Origin: Octopus vulgaris
Taxonomy: Eukaryota
Assembly (NCBI GenBank): GCA_951406725.2
Contig: OX597833.1
Span: forward strand, 57,536,001 to 57,600,000
DNA: 64,000 nucleotides
Direction of reading: 5' to 3'
Part shown: positions 50,711 through 63,999 of the stretch, in pieces
Layout: every line of letters starts with the position of its first letter
Position numbering within the stretch: position 1 is the first letter of the stretch
Program-made: the position numbers and the translations under genes
The notes under the pieces: model-generated
What the model saw: only the letters and a program-made list of their open reading frames with translations
Database searches by the model: none
What the model was told of the DNA's origin: nothing

Positions 50711-50957
50711 TGTCACATGTTGACACATTTATTTGCAAGTAAGTAACTCTCTGTTTTAAAGTTTTTGAGGGAGCGAAGGGGAAAGATTCAGTTCAGAGGT
50801 TGTACCCGTTACGGCTGAACAGAATGGAACAACGTATGCATAAAAACACAACCGGTCTTTCGGTCCGGGGATACGAACCCGTCGTTTTATAATCATCATG
50901 GGACGAACACCGTTAACCACCAGACCACGCGTCTTCGCAAATAATTAATACTATTTT

Positions 50958-51361
50958 ACTCTTTTTTTTTTAATTGTTTCAGTCAGTTAACTGCGGCCAT
51001 GCTGGAGCACCGCCTTTAGTCGAGCAAATCGACCCCATATAATATACCATTAAGCCTAGTATTTATTCTATCGGTCTCTTTTGTCGAACCGCTAATGTTA
51101 CAGGGACATAAACACACCAGCATCGGTTGTCAAGCGATGTTGGGGGGGGGGGACAAACAGACACACAAACACACACACACATATATATACATATATACGA
51201 CAGGCTTCTTTCAGTTTCCGTCTACCAAATCCACTCACAAGGTTTTAGTCGGCCCGGGGCTATAGTAGAAGACACTTGCCCAAGGTGCCACGCAGTGGGA
51301 CTGAACACAGAACCATGTGGTTGGTAAGCAAGCTACTTACCACACAGCCACTCCTGCACCT
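50958..51361 (-). mobile_element. SINE B
   Basis: Colinear with the other B copies. Confidence 0.9.
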
Positions 51362-51896
51362 AATACTATATGGAAAATTGTTTCAGAGAGAAGACTGCGA
51401 ACCAGAAATCTTCCACCAATTTGTCAAAAGGCGGTAAAATGAAATGGATTCGTCGTGTAGCACAACACCGTGACATTCTGTCTCTAACGTTGGTCGTGTA
51501 TGGACCAAATGCCTGCAGAAGAAGAATATGAAGACCACGAAGGAATTGCGCGTGTGTGGGTGGTTGAGAAAAGTAAGGGGCAGGGAGGAAGGGGAAGATA
51601 ATGGTAAACATTAGGTTAGTTGATGACTGGGAATTGTAGTGAGAGGGGGAATGAGTCTCTTCCTGGCACCTTCAATGTCTTTAAGAAAATAGTTTTTTTT
51701 TTAATAAGATAAATACCGAAATGATTATATATAATATAATATTATATTATATGATATAATATAATGTAATGAGTATAATATGTATGTGTGTGTGTGTTTG
51801 TGTGTTGAAATGTTTTTCTTCGCCAGAGAAATCGTCTTCCACGCTGATGAAGTTCTGCTTGGCTGGAATCAACTCAACATCCAACATCTGATTTGA

Positions 51897-52164
51897 ATAC
51901 GTATGTATGTATGTATGTACGTATGTATGTATGTATGTATGTATTGCATGTATGTATGTATGTATGTATGTATGTATGTATGTATGTATGTATGTATGTA
52001 TGTATGTATGTATGTATGTATGTATGTATGTATGTATGTATGTATGTATGTATGTATGTATGTACGTATGTATGTATATCTATGTATTTTAGTATGTATG
52101 TATGTATGTATATGTATGTATGTATATGTATGTATGTATATATGTATGTATATATGTATGTATG

Positions 52165-52211
<47 letters not shown>

Positions 52212-52581
52212 GCATATATTTTTATGTGTTTGTGTGCATGTCTAGGTATGTATGTGAGTATATATATATATATATATATATATGCAAATGTATATTTCTT
52301 TCCTTATATATACATATATATTATATATATATAAATACATGCATATACATTTATATATACATGTATGTATGTATGTATGTATGTATGTATGTACGTACGT
52401 ACGTATGTATGTATGTCTGTGTGCATAAATATATATATATATATATGTTTGTGTGCATGTCTGTAGGTATGTATGTGAGTATAAATACATACATACATAC
52501 ACATATATATATATATGCAAATGCATATTTCTCTTCATATACATACGTATATATTATATATATATATATATACATACATGC

Positions 52582-52663
<82 letters not shown>

Positions 52664-52690
52664 GTGTGAGTATGTGTGTCTGTATGTTTA
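51897..52690. repeat. (TATG)n/(TA)n compound microsatellite with an internal duplication
   Basis: Directly visible; tgtttgtgtgcatgtct..aggtatgtatgtgagtat recurs near 52227 and 52446. Confidence 0.95.
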
Positions 52691-52697
52691 GGTATGT

Positions 52698-52825
52698 TAA
52701 GTCAACATTGGACCATGAGCGGATCCAACACCGCTGGAAGTCGAGGGTATTTAACTGGGTTATCTAATCCCGCCAGTAATACACTTCAAAAAGGAACATT
52801 TCTTCATCAAAGCGTTCATCTCTTT
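52698..52825. promoter_or_regulatory. Candidate cis-regulatory module, copy 2
   Basis: gggtatttaactgggttatctaatccc at 52745-52771. Confidence 0.4.
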
Positions 52826-52953
52826 TTCTTTTCCCCATTCTCAACACTTTTACTCACTCACACATTCGCACATAACGTAATATATATATATATACGTTAT
52901 ACACACACGCACAAACACAAACATAGACAGCCACACACACATGTATATATCTA

Positions 52954-53188
52954 TGAAGGCTCGTGGTTGGGGAGTCGCACTCATGATCTAGCGATCGTGG
53001 GTTCAATTTCCGGACGGGGCAGTGCGTTGTGTTCCCTTTGCTCCAGTCTTCTGACCAGATGGGAATGGGGTGGGGGGACTTCTCGCCTACCCAGCGGGGT
53101 GGCATCATTCAAAGGCCAAAACAATGGGGAGCGCATTATGATCAGCGATGTATAACAAAATCCCATAGTCTGGTCGATACTGTGTTAT
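52954..53188 (+). mobile_element. Old chimeric SINE: D-like head plus tail type ii
   Basis: tgaaggctcgtgg..gggttcaatttcc head; ccagcggggtggcatcattcaaaggccaaaacaatg..gcgcatt matches the tail of 17220-17860. Confidence 0.7.
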
Positions 53189-53337
53189 ATATATATATAT
53201 ATATATATATAATAACTGATTGTTTGGCAATCTTTAACATCTATGTATTAGTCTTGTTGGGTACCTATCTAGCAGTATATTGGATATATATTATCCCATG
53301 GTGGGTTGAATTTTCAACCCCTATCTCATTTTATAAC

Positions 53338-53368
<31 letters not shown>

Positions 53369-53492
53369 ACTTATAAGTAAGGGCTAAAGAAAATTATTTC
53401 AATACCAATATGCTGATAACAGACTATTAAATCGTCAATTTCCACATATAATTTACTCGCTACAGAAAAAACCGAAGAACTGAAATTCGTTA

Positions 53493-53554
53493 TTTCTATA
53501 TTGAATCAATTTCGGAATTAATGTCATAAAAGATTCGTTCCTCTTCAGTAGAAC
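53493..53554 (-). ncRNA. Hammerhead-like motif
   Basis: TTCTA CTGAAGA GGAA (20 nt) TTCC GAAA TTGA T T caata TAGAA. Confidence 0.45.
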
Positions 53555-53738
53555 TTACGAAAGGATATAAATAAGATACTTACATGCGCCCATGGAAAAA
53601 GCCAAAGCAAAAATCATGAGTACATTTAAGTACCCCAGATATATCTAAAAATAATATATATATACATACATACACATACACGCATACACTCACACACATA
53701 CACGCACATATATATATACACATACACACACTTGTATG

Positions 53739-53790
<52 letters not shown>

Positions 53791-53809
53791 TTTATTTCTT
53801 TTATATATA

Positions 53810-53920
53810 TAGTTCAAATTTATAGAAAACGAAAGTCGAAGGCAGGTGTAGGAACAACAAGCAGGTGTATTAGTTTGACGCTCGAGAAGAATGGAAAAGT
53901 CTTTGACGTTTCGAGCCTAC
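53810..53920 (-). mobile_element. Penelope-like terminal fragment next to (TA)n
   Basis: gtctttgacgtttcgagcctacg; homologous to 37672-37897. Confidence 0.55.
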
Positions 53921-53958
53921 GGGAACGAAAAAGAAAAAAAAGGCTTATTGCATTAGCC

Positions 53959-54052
<94 letters not shown>

Positions 54053-54115
54053 GTCTGTCTGTCTGTCTGTCTGTCGGTTTGTCTGTCTGTCTGTCTTTCT
54101 GTCTATGTATGTATG

Positions 54116-54194
<79 letters not shown>

Positions 54195-54203
54195 GTATCT
54201 ATG

Positions 54204-54296
<93 letters not shown>

Positions 54297-54345
54297 GTCT
54301 GTCTGTCTGTCTGTCTGTCTGTCGGTTTGTCTGTTTGTCTGTCTG

Positions 54346-54416
<71 letters not shown>

Positions 54417-54440
54417 GTCTATCTATCTAGCTATCTCTGC

Positions 54441-54560
<120 letters not shown>

Positions 54561-55069
54561 ATATATATATATATTTATCTGTCTGTCTGTCTCTTATGTA
54601 TGTATGTATTTATGTAGGTACGCATGCATATATGTATTTTCATATATATTTACATCGCTATTTTACTAATTGCCAGATGGGAAACATTCCGGAAGAAAGA
54701 CACAGATGGCACTATTTTAACGCGGGACGTTATTATGCATGCGGGGGAAGCGGGTGGAACGGATAAGAGGCATTGTTAGGCTATTGTAGGCCTTTTTACG
54801 TTGTAGTATGTCGTCTGCTTCAAAATGAAAGGCTGACTGCTCAGGGTTTTTTTAATTAAAGTTGCATTGTCATGTCCTATAGCGATACATTTATAGCAGA
54901 ATAAATATATATATATGTACACACACACACACACACACACACACAAATTAATTATTATAATGTTATTTCACGGTTCATCAATCGTACTGCTAAGTCACAT
55001 GTTACGACGGCAACACGTGATAATACAGCAACTCTTCGTATATTATTAAAAATCATCTTTTATTTTATT

Positions 55070-55696
55070 TCAATCATTTCACTGTGGCCATACTGGGGCA
55101 TCGCATTGAAGGGTACTTTTTGTAAAGTCTGGTGCTTATTGCATCGGCCCTTTTTGCCGACTTAGGGGGACGTAAACGGACCAACACCGGATGTCTAGCA
55201 GTGTGGGGGACAAACAGAAACTGAAAGACACATACATACATATAGATACATAATACATATATACATACATACGAATACACATATACACACATGCACACAC
55301 ACAGAAGACGGGTTTCCACACAGTTTCCGTTTAACAAATTCATTCACGAGATATTGATCGGCCCGGAGCTATAGTAGAAGAAACTTGTCCAAGGTGCTGT
55401 GTAGTGGGCTCGAAACGGAAACCACGTGGTTGCAAAACGAGCCTGTTAACTACAAAAGCATATACTCTTTACTCTTTTACTGGCAGAAACGTTAGCACGC
55501 CGGGCAAAATGCTTAGCAGAATTTCGTCTGCCGCTACGTTCTGAGTTCAAATTCCGCCGAGGTCGACTTTGCTTTTCATCCTTTCGGGGTCGATTAAATA
55601 AGTACCAGTTACGCACTGGGAGCGATATAATCGACTTAATCCATTTGTCTGTCTTTGTTTGTCCTCTCTGTGTTTAGCCCCTTGTGGGTAGTAAAG

Positions 55697-55700
<4 letters not shown>
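55070..55700. mobile_element. Old SINE B (minus, to about 55460) followed by a young SINE A (plus, 55481-55700)
   Basis: Family motifs as above. Confidence 0.85.
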
Positions 55701-55737
<37 letters not shown>

Positions 55738-55882
55738 CATGTGTCGAAATAAAACTAACAACTCATTCCCCAGGTAGCGAGTCGACAGAATTGTAATAGT
55801 GTGTTGAGGAGGGTACACTGTGATCTTTATTCCGGTCTGCAGCGTCCTGAGTTCAAATTCCATTAGAGTTAGCATTGCTGTT

Positions 55883-56254
55883 GCTGTTGAGCGAACGGTC
55901 TTCGTTCCAGAGCTCGCAAGATGGGAGAAGTCCGAAACGTGGTCCTTTGCTATTCGTAAGATCCGCAGAAGAGAAAGCAGGTCAACCCCCGACACCGAGA
56001 GCATCGACGGATGGATGAATGCGCATCCAGGCTCAGCGGTTGCGTAGGATGTCGCGGACAAGAAACAGGAAGAAAGAGTGAGAGAAAGTTGGGGCGAAAG
56101 AGTACAACAGGGGTCGCCACCACCCCCTGCCGGAGCTTCGTAGAGCTTTAGGTGTTTTCGCTCAATAAACACACACAACCCCCGGTCTGGGAATCGAAAC
56201 CGCGATCCTCCGACCGCGAGTCCGCTGCCCTAGCCGCTGGGCCATTGCGCCTCC
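55883..56254 (-). mobile_element. SINE C, tail type i, inserted in a decayed SINE A
   Basis: 13-bp TSD tagcattgctgtt (55870-55882, 56255-56267). Confidence 0.92.
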
Positions 56255-56848
56255 TAGCATTGCTGTTCGTCCTCTTGAGGTCTGTAAATAAAATTTGGAT
56301 CGATGTTTTTTTACTCTCAAACGTGGCTGTAGCTGACCACTAAACGCTTTGCTAAAGAAAAAGATTAAAAAATGTTGGGGATAGAAGATAACGACAAACT
56401 CCTATTGTAGTCTGTGACAAAAATTTCATGACAAACACGTGACGTTTCTTAAGGAAGTCGCCAGGGGACATTCTTCGACATGTTGGCGCGAAGGAAGGAA
56501 TATCGTCTCTGACTGGAATATATTTTAATTAAATGAAAATAAACGAAAATACGAGTAAAGAACACGAAATTACACTGATGATGGACTTCATTACATCAAA
56601 AAACAAAATGCATAAATAAATAAAACGAATGCTCAATGAAAGTTGTAAAACAGCAGAAATCACGATACGTAACACATCCAACTTAGGTTTTACATGCTAA
56701 GATATATATATATATATATAAAATACAAACTGGGACAAGAACGCAAAACATTTAGAAGACGATACAAAAAACACGGACAGGACATTCGAAGCCATCGATC
56801 TTCAGTCAAGAACCGGATCATCCTCGCAATTTCGGCTGATTAATCTTA

Positions 56849-56908
<60 letters not shown>

Positions 56909-56927
56909 CATACATACATACATACAT

Positions 56928-56981
<54 letters not shown>

Positions 56982-56983
56982 TT

Positions 56984-57337
56984 TGGCATTCCGTCGGTTA
57001 TGACGATGCGGGTTCCAGTTGATCCGATCAACAGAACAGCCTGCTCGTGAAATTAACTTGCAAGTGGCTCAGCACCCCACAGACACGTTACCCTTAACGT
57101 AGTTCTCGGGGAGATTCAGCGTGACAAAGACTGTGACAAGGCTGGCCTTTTGAAATACAGGTGCGACAGAAACAGGAAGAAAGAGTGAGAGAAAGTTGTG
57201 GTGTAAGAGTACAGCAGGGTTCGTCACAACCCCTTGTCAGAGCCTATAAACACTCACAGCGCCCGGTCTGTGAATCGAAACCGCGATCCTATTACCGCTA
57301 GTCCGCTGCTCTAACTACTGGGCCATTGCACCTCAAC
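56984..57337 (-). mobile_element. SINE C, tail type iii (internal deletion)
   Basis: Homologous to 38294-38663. Confidence 0.88.
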
Positions 57338-57350
57338 ATACACATATATG

Positions 57351-57406
<56 letters not shown>

Positions 57407-57802
57407 TGTGTGTGTATGTGTGTGTGTACATATATATGAATATATGTATATACATATGTGTGTGCATGTGCGCGTGCCTGTGCGTGTGGCGGAGGGTGAG
57501 TGTGTGTGTGTGTGTGTACGTAGGAATTTATGGAGTTAACTATCTTGATACTACTAGTTCTGTGGAGGTTTTGTTCCTTGAAAGTGAAACAAGACTACTT
57601 TGGCTATTAGCGGTTCAGTCCCAGCGTGGGACTGAATCTCTATCGCTGCTTCTTCTAAAATACACTGCACATATTTACTTTCTACCTTCCCTCCCTGCCA
57701 TAACAATATTTAGAGATCTTTACTAATCTAAACAATATCGTTATCCTGGTGTGCCAAAGACTGTGGCAAGTAAAAGACGTAATATATATATATATATATA
57801 TG

Positions 57803-58193
57803 TACTCTTTACTCTTTTACTCGTTTCAGTCATTTGACTGCGGCCATGCTGGAGCACCGTCTTTTAATCGAGGAAATCGACCCCAGGACTTATTCTTTGT
57901 AAGCCGAGTACTTATTCTATCGGTATCTTTTCTCCGGACCGCTAAGTTACGGGGACGTAAACACACCAGCATCGGTTTTCGAGCGATGTTGGGGGGAGGG
58001 ACAAACAAGGACACACACACACACATATATATACGTATACATATATACAACGGGCTTCTCTCAGTTTCCGTCTACCAAATCCACTCACAAGGCTTTGGTC
58101 GGCCCGAGGCTATAGTAGAAGACACTTGCCCAAGATGCCACGCAAATGGGACTGAATCCGGAACCACGAGGCTGGAAAGCCAGCATCTTACCA
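57803..58193 (-). mobile_element. SINE B
   Basis: Colinear with the other B copies. Confidence 0.9.
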
Positions 58194-58194
58194 T

Positions 58195-58808
58195 CATTCC
58201 AAACACTCTGATTCTATCAGGACACCCGAATTTATTCAGGAAGTTAAGCAAAGCATTGAAGACAATCCAGGAAAATCAATGAGATGAACTGCATAAAGAT
58301 TTGGTGTGTCAGAAAAAAAAGTAAGAAATGTTGTGCATGAAGACATCGGATGCAAATCTTACGTGATGAAGAGAGGTCAATTCATGCCAGAAAAAAACAA
58401 AAAGACTTTTGAATAAACTTTTAAAATCCATCAGAAGATGGTGTGATTTGGTTTTTCTCGGATGAGCAAAACTTTGACCAGGACCAGAAAACTAACAGAA
58501 GAAATGACAGATGGCTATGTGCAGACCTTTCTGAGGTTCCAAGAATAATGCACACAAAATTTCATGCAAGTGTCATGGTATTGGGTGTTGTTAGCAATGA
58601 AGGACGTATGATGCCTCCTCAATTTTTTCCACAAGGCCTTAAGGATGCGTATATTGAGACCATCACATAAAACTCAAATGACACAAGAACGGATGACCGA
58701 CAATTTGCATGATCACATCACCCCCGACATTTGGCCTCCTAATTCTCCAGATCTCAATTCACTGGACTACTTTGTATGAAGCATCGTTGAGAAAAATGTC
58801 AATGAACG
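58195..58808 (+). pseudogene. Decayed Tc1/mariner-superfamily transposase (maT/DD37D-like)
   Basis: WFFSDEQNFDQDQKTNRRNDRW, HTKFHASVMVLGVVSNEG and WPPNSPDLNSLDY motifs; stops and deletions. Confidence 0.85.
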
Positions 58809-59617
58809 TACATATATACATACGTACATACATATTTGTATAACCCCTTCAACTAACTCCACTTGTCACGCTAATCACAGGTCAGAATCTTTTCATCAAA
58901 TGCTCATATGTAATCTGCCAAATCATGTTTCTTTCTCCCTCCTTTTCTCTCTCTTTCGCTTCCCCCTCTCTATCTCTTTTTCTCTATTTCGCTTCCCCTC
59001 TCACTTTCTCTTTCGCTTTCTCTATCTCCTTCTCGCCTTCCATTTTGTACCGTCTGCTCTTGTAATCGTCTGCTCAGCTCCGCCCAGCAGACGACGCTTT
59101 CTTTTCCATTCGCTTGGTTCAACGTCTCTAGTTTCAGCTCCCTACTTGTTTCTTTTCTTATCACTTGCCTCTCGCTATCAATTTCTCCTTGAAAGAATCA
59201 CAGCCTCTGAAAATACACGGCAAAAAAAATACAGTAAATCATTTAAAAAAGCAACAGAAAATGAACAACAAATGGGTTGGTTTATTCACTGACTTTCAAC
59301 CACCTCTCTCTCTCTCTCTTTCTTTCTCTCCCTCCCTCGCTTTCTTTTAACCACTTCTTTCTTTCCCCTTCTCTCTGTCTTTGCTTCTCTCTCTATCTCT
59401 TTCCTTCTCTCTCCCTCTGTCTCTCTCTGCCTTTCTCCCTTTCTCTTAAATGCTCTTCCGTTCCGTCTTTCCTGTTTGAATTTCTTTCGTTGTTCCACCT
59501 TGCGTAAATCTTAATTTTCTCCATCCCTATCCCGATCGAATTTCTTTCATTTGCTCTTTCATTTTTTTTATTCTTTCCTTTTATTCTTTTTCCCTCACGT
59601 TAACTCTTCCTCCGTCA

Positions 59618-59650
<33 letters not shown>

Positions 59651-59658
59651 TCTCACTC

Positions 59659-59690
<32 letters not shown>

Positions 59691-59891
59691 TATCTCTTCC
59701 CTCTTTCTCTCTCGATTTCCTTTTCCTTTTTCTTGATTCCCCCCTCCCCTTCCTTTCTTCTTCAACAATCTTTTCACTTCTGTTTACTCTTCATCTCATC
59801 CCAACTTCCACATCTATATCTATATCTCCTTGCTTTCTTTGACATTTTATCTTCCTTTCATCTTTCATATGTTTGCATGCATACATACACA

Positions 59892-59932
<41 letters not shown>

Positions 59933-60579
59933 TACACATACTTACTGTAAAACGTTAGAATTTGGAAGGTGGAGAAAGAAAACCTCCGCCATGTTAAAGT
60001 CAAAGGAAAAAAAACAAGTAAAGCGTTGCGTTAGGAGAAGAATTTCATTTCACCCCTTTAATTCCCTCTTGGGCAAGCCATCTTCCTTTTATCACTCATT
60101 CGAAATGCCATTTTTTTCAATCAAAATGGGGCGTTCCACCTCTTATCATGGCCTCCGGTTAGACGTACTGCTGGAGAACATACGGGCTTTTAAACTATAT
60201 ATTACAAAATCAGCTGTAGTGGGTTCACTGATGAATCTGACCCCGTTTTTAATGTAGAGTTTCATTTTCTCCACTCCCCCCTAATTATATTTGCTCTTAA
60301 GAGAGAAAATACAGAGATGGCCAAGGCGATAGGTAAGGTCTCCCTTTTTTTTCTTTTTCTTTATCATAATGCATCGCAGACATTAAGACGAACCACAAAA
60401 GGATCCTAATCATGGTCGTTTGCTTTCCTAGAAATAGCAACCAAACTATCCAGAAAAATACGGTATATCCTCTGAAATAAAGAGGGACACATCTGGATAA
60501 TGCAATCGTCGATGTTACAAAAATATGGGATGGCCATGGTTAAAAAGCTTTCGATAATAGGATAATGGGTATCTTCTTT

Positions 60580-61478
60580 CTTTTACTTGATTCAGTTATT
60601 AGACTGTGGCCATACTGGGGCATTGTCTTGAAGGGCTTTTGTCGAACAACTCGATCCCAGAACTTATTTGTTTAAAGCCTGGTACTTACACTATCGATTT
60701 CTTTTTGCCGAGCCACTAAGTTGCGGGAACGTAAACAAATCAATACCTATTTCTTTACTACCCACAAGGGGCTAAACACAGAAGGGACAAACAAAGACAG
60801 ACAAACGGATTAAGTCGATTATATCGACCCCGGTGCGTAACTGGTACTTATTTAATCGATCCCGAAAAGGATGAAAGGCAAAATCGACCTCGGCGGGATT
60901 TGAACTCAGAACGTAGCGGCAGGAAAAATACCGCCAAGCATTTCGCACGGTGTGCTAACGTTTCTGCCAGCTCGCCGCCTCAGGCGTAAACAAATCAATA
61001 CCTATTTCTTTACTACCCTCAAGGGGCTAAACACAGAAGGGACAAACAAGGACAGACAAACGAATTAAGTCGTTTATATCGACACCCAGTGCGTAACTGG
61101 TACTTATTTAATCGACCCCGAAAGGATGAAAGGCAAAGTCGACCTCGGCGGGATTTGAACGCAGACAAAATACCGCCAAGCATTTCGCCCGGCGTGTTAA
61201 CGTTTCTGCCAGCTCGCCGCCTTAGGCGTAAATAAATCAATACCGGTTATCAAGCGATAGAGGAGGGACGAACGCCAGCTCAAAGACCCATGTACATAGA
61301 TATACACATATACAAGACGGGATTCTTTTCAGTTTCCGCCTCCCAAATTCACTCACAAGGCATTAGTAAATCCAAGGCTACAGCCGAAAACACGTGCCCA
61401 TGGTGCCACTCAGTGGAACTGAACACGGAACGATGTGGTTGCGAAGCAAGCTTCATACCACACAGCCACGCTTACGCC
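60580..61478 (-). mobile_element. Old SINE B containing two tandem SINE A copies (60748-60984, 61003-61226)
   Basis: The 18-mer cgtaaa(c/t)aaatcaatacc occurs three times (60730, 60985, 61227). Confidence 0.88.
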
Positions 61479-61696
61479 ATGTTTATTTATGTTTATTTCT
61501 TTTTAAAGTATAGCAAAATTATATCGGTCTATTTGCTGAACAGCTAGGTTACAGGATGGGACGTAAGCAAGTCAACATCTGTTGTCAAGTGCTGGGGCGG
61601 GGTGAGAATGACAAAGACACGAAAACACACATACATACATACATACATACGTACATGCATACATACATACATACATCATTACATACATACATATAT

Positions 61697-61774
61697 ACTA
61701 TAGCCTCGGGCAGAATAAAGCCTTGTGAGTGGATTTGGTAGACGGAAACTGAAAGAAGCCCGTCGTATATATGT

Positions 61775-61856
<82 letters not shown>

Positions 61857-62070
61857 TTGTGTGTCTGTGTGTGCCCCTCAACATCGCTTGACAACCGATG
61901 CTGGTGTGTTTACGTCACCGTAACTTAGCGGTTCGGCAAAAGCGACCGATAGAATAAGTACTAGGTTTACAAAGAATAAGTCCTGGGGTAGATTTGCTCG
62001 ACTAAAGGTGGTGCTCTAGCATGGCCACATTCAAATGACTGAAACAAGTAAAATAGTAAAATAGTAAATA
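61697..62070 (+). mobile_element. SINE B, 5'-truncated
   Basis: Colinear with the other B copies. Confidence 0.9.
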
Positions 62071-62327
62071 GTATACAGACAAACAGACAGAGAGGCCGAG
62101 AGATACGTGGCTAAACTAAAGAACACCATCTACCAAAGTAAATTCCTGGAATAGAATCATATCTATTCGTTTTCATGGAAAACTTTTGGAGGCTTGGTTC
62201 TTCCTATACATAATACCATATGGTTGCCAAATATTTAATACGATCACTTTGCGACGTCCAGAGCGTTGCAGATAATTGTCGACTGATAACATTAAGCAGA
62301 TGACATAACAATATCCTGAATGTGTAG

Positions 62328-62750
62328 GGGACCACTAACCTTGTTTCAAAATTAGGCACATGTCTAGCAATTTTAGAGGAAGCAGTGAATCGATTACATC
62401 GATCCCTGTGCCATGACTGGTACTTATTTTGATACTTATTGATTCCGAAAGGATCGAAGACAAAATCGATTTTGGCAGAATTTGAACTCGGTAACTATTC
62501 TGCCAGCTCGCCACCTTATGGAACCACTAGTATGATTTCAGATTTTGATTCAAGGCCAGCATGTTCAAACGAGGGGGATAAGTCGATTACATAGACCCCA
62601 GTGCTCGACTGGTACTTATTTTATCGATTCTGAAAGGATGCAAGGCAAAGTCGACCTCGACGGGATATGAGACGGACGAAATGTTGCTAAGCATTTTGCT
62701 CGGCGTGCTAACGATTCAGCCAGCCCACCGCCTTAATGGAACCACTAACA
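62328..62750 (-). mobile_element. Two tandem old SINE A variants
   Basis: Degenerate central domains; g(g/a)accacta(a/g) recurs near 62330, 62521 and 62739. Confidence 0.7.
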
Positions 62751-63074
62751 TTTGTAACAATAACCGCTTGATAACATTACCCATGATTACAATAAACAAC
62801 TCCTACTATAACTGTATTCTAACTCTAAATCTTATTGTGTTTTCATTACGAGTTTTTCCATCTTGTTTACTCAGATAATAATCGGCTGATTATGATGTAC
62901 CAATCGATATACAACACTGACTGTAATACGCAATAATTGCAATATCTGGTCGATTAGCCTTGACTTCTATATCAGTTCATATTGAGACGCATTAGCGTGT
63001 AAAATTGTCAATGACTTGAAGGTGGTGGGGTGTGTTGCGTATACATCTATTCACGATCATCTTTAATCTTTTAT

Positions 63075-63443
63075 CTTTTACTTGTTTCAGTCATTAGACT
63101 GCGGCCATGTTGGAGCTCCGCCCCGAAGAATTTTTTTGGGCTAAACCTGATACTTATTTTATCGGTATCTTATTGTCGAACCGCAAAGTTACAGGAACGT
63201 AAACACACCAACACGGTAGCGGGGGATAAAAACAGACAGACACACACACATACACACACGCACACGCTTACACCCCGCCAAACACGAAAAGCCTCTTTTA
63301 GTTTCCGTCTATCAAATCCATTCACGAGGCTCTGGTCAGCCCGAGGCTATAGTTGAAGACACTTGCACAAGGTGCCAAGCAGAGGAACAGAACCCAGAAC
63401 CATGTGGTTTGGAAGCAAGCTTCTTGCCACACAGTCACGCCTG
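63075..63443 (-). mobile_element. Old SINE B
   Basis: Diverged but colinear. Confidence 0.8.
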
Positions 63444-63701
63444 TGCTTAGTTGATTGTTGATGTAGTGGTTCCATATTCTGGCACAAGGCCAGCAAGTTA
63501 GTGGGGAAGGAGATAAGTCGCTTTGAACCCGCGACCTGTTCACAGACAAAATTCTGTGCTGCATCTCTTGTCAGTGAACAGGTCGCAGTTTCAAAGCGAC
63601 GAAAATATTTTGACACAAATTAAATTTTAATGTTGAAGTTAATCTAACGGTTTTTGTATGTTTTTTTTTTTAAGTGGCTTATAAACACTTTCCACGCGGC
63701 A

Positions 63702-63999
63702 ATTGTTGTTGTTTGTTCCTTCTCGAGCCATGCCTGGCTCATAAGGGCCGGTTTCTCGGTTTCTTGGCGTATAGGTTCCCCACCTGGACGGGGCGCCGGT
63801 CCGTCGCAGGTGAGCTGCAAGATGCAGGAGGAAAGAGTGAGAGAAAGTTGTGGCGAAAGAGTCAGCAGAAGTTTCGCCATTACCTGCTGCCGGAGCCGCG
63901 TGGAGCTTAGGTTGTTTCGCTCATAAACACATACATCGCCCGGTCTGAGATTCTCGACCGCGAGTCCGCTGCTCTAACCACTAGGCCGTGTGCCTCCAC
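63702..63999 (-). mobile_element. SINE C, tail type v
   Basis: C head; tail tgcatcttgcagctcacctgcgacggaccggcgccccgtccagg... ending in (CAA)n. Confidence 0.85.

Noticed and set aside
52676-53155. 159-aa ORF as a duplicated coding exon (GYLTGLSNP shared with 48788)
   Set aside because: Identity includes every third codon position, the flanking amino acids are not conserved, a 1-bp indel follows, and the ORF runs through microsatellite and SINE sequence.
58900-59830. Phe/Leu/Ser-rich membrane-protein-like ORFs
   Set aside because: Polypyrimidine low-complexity sequence.
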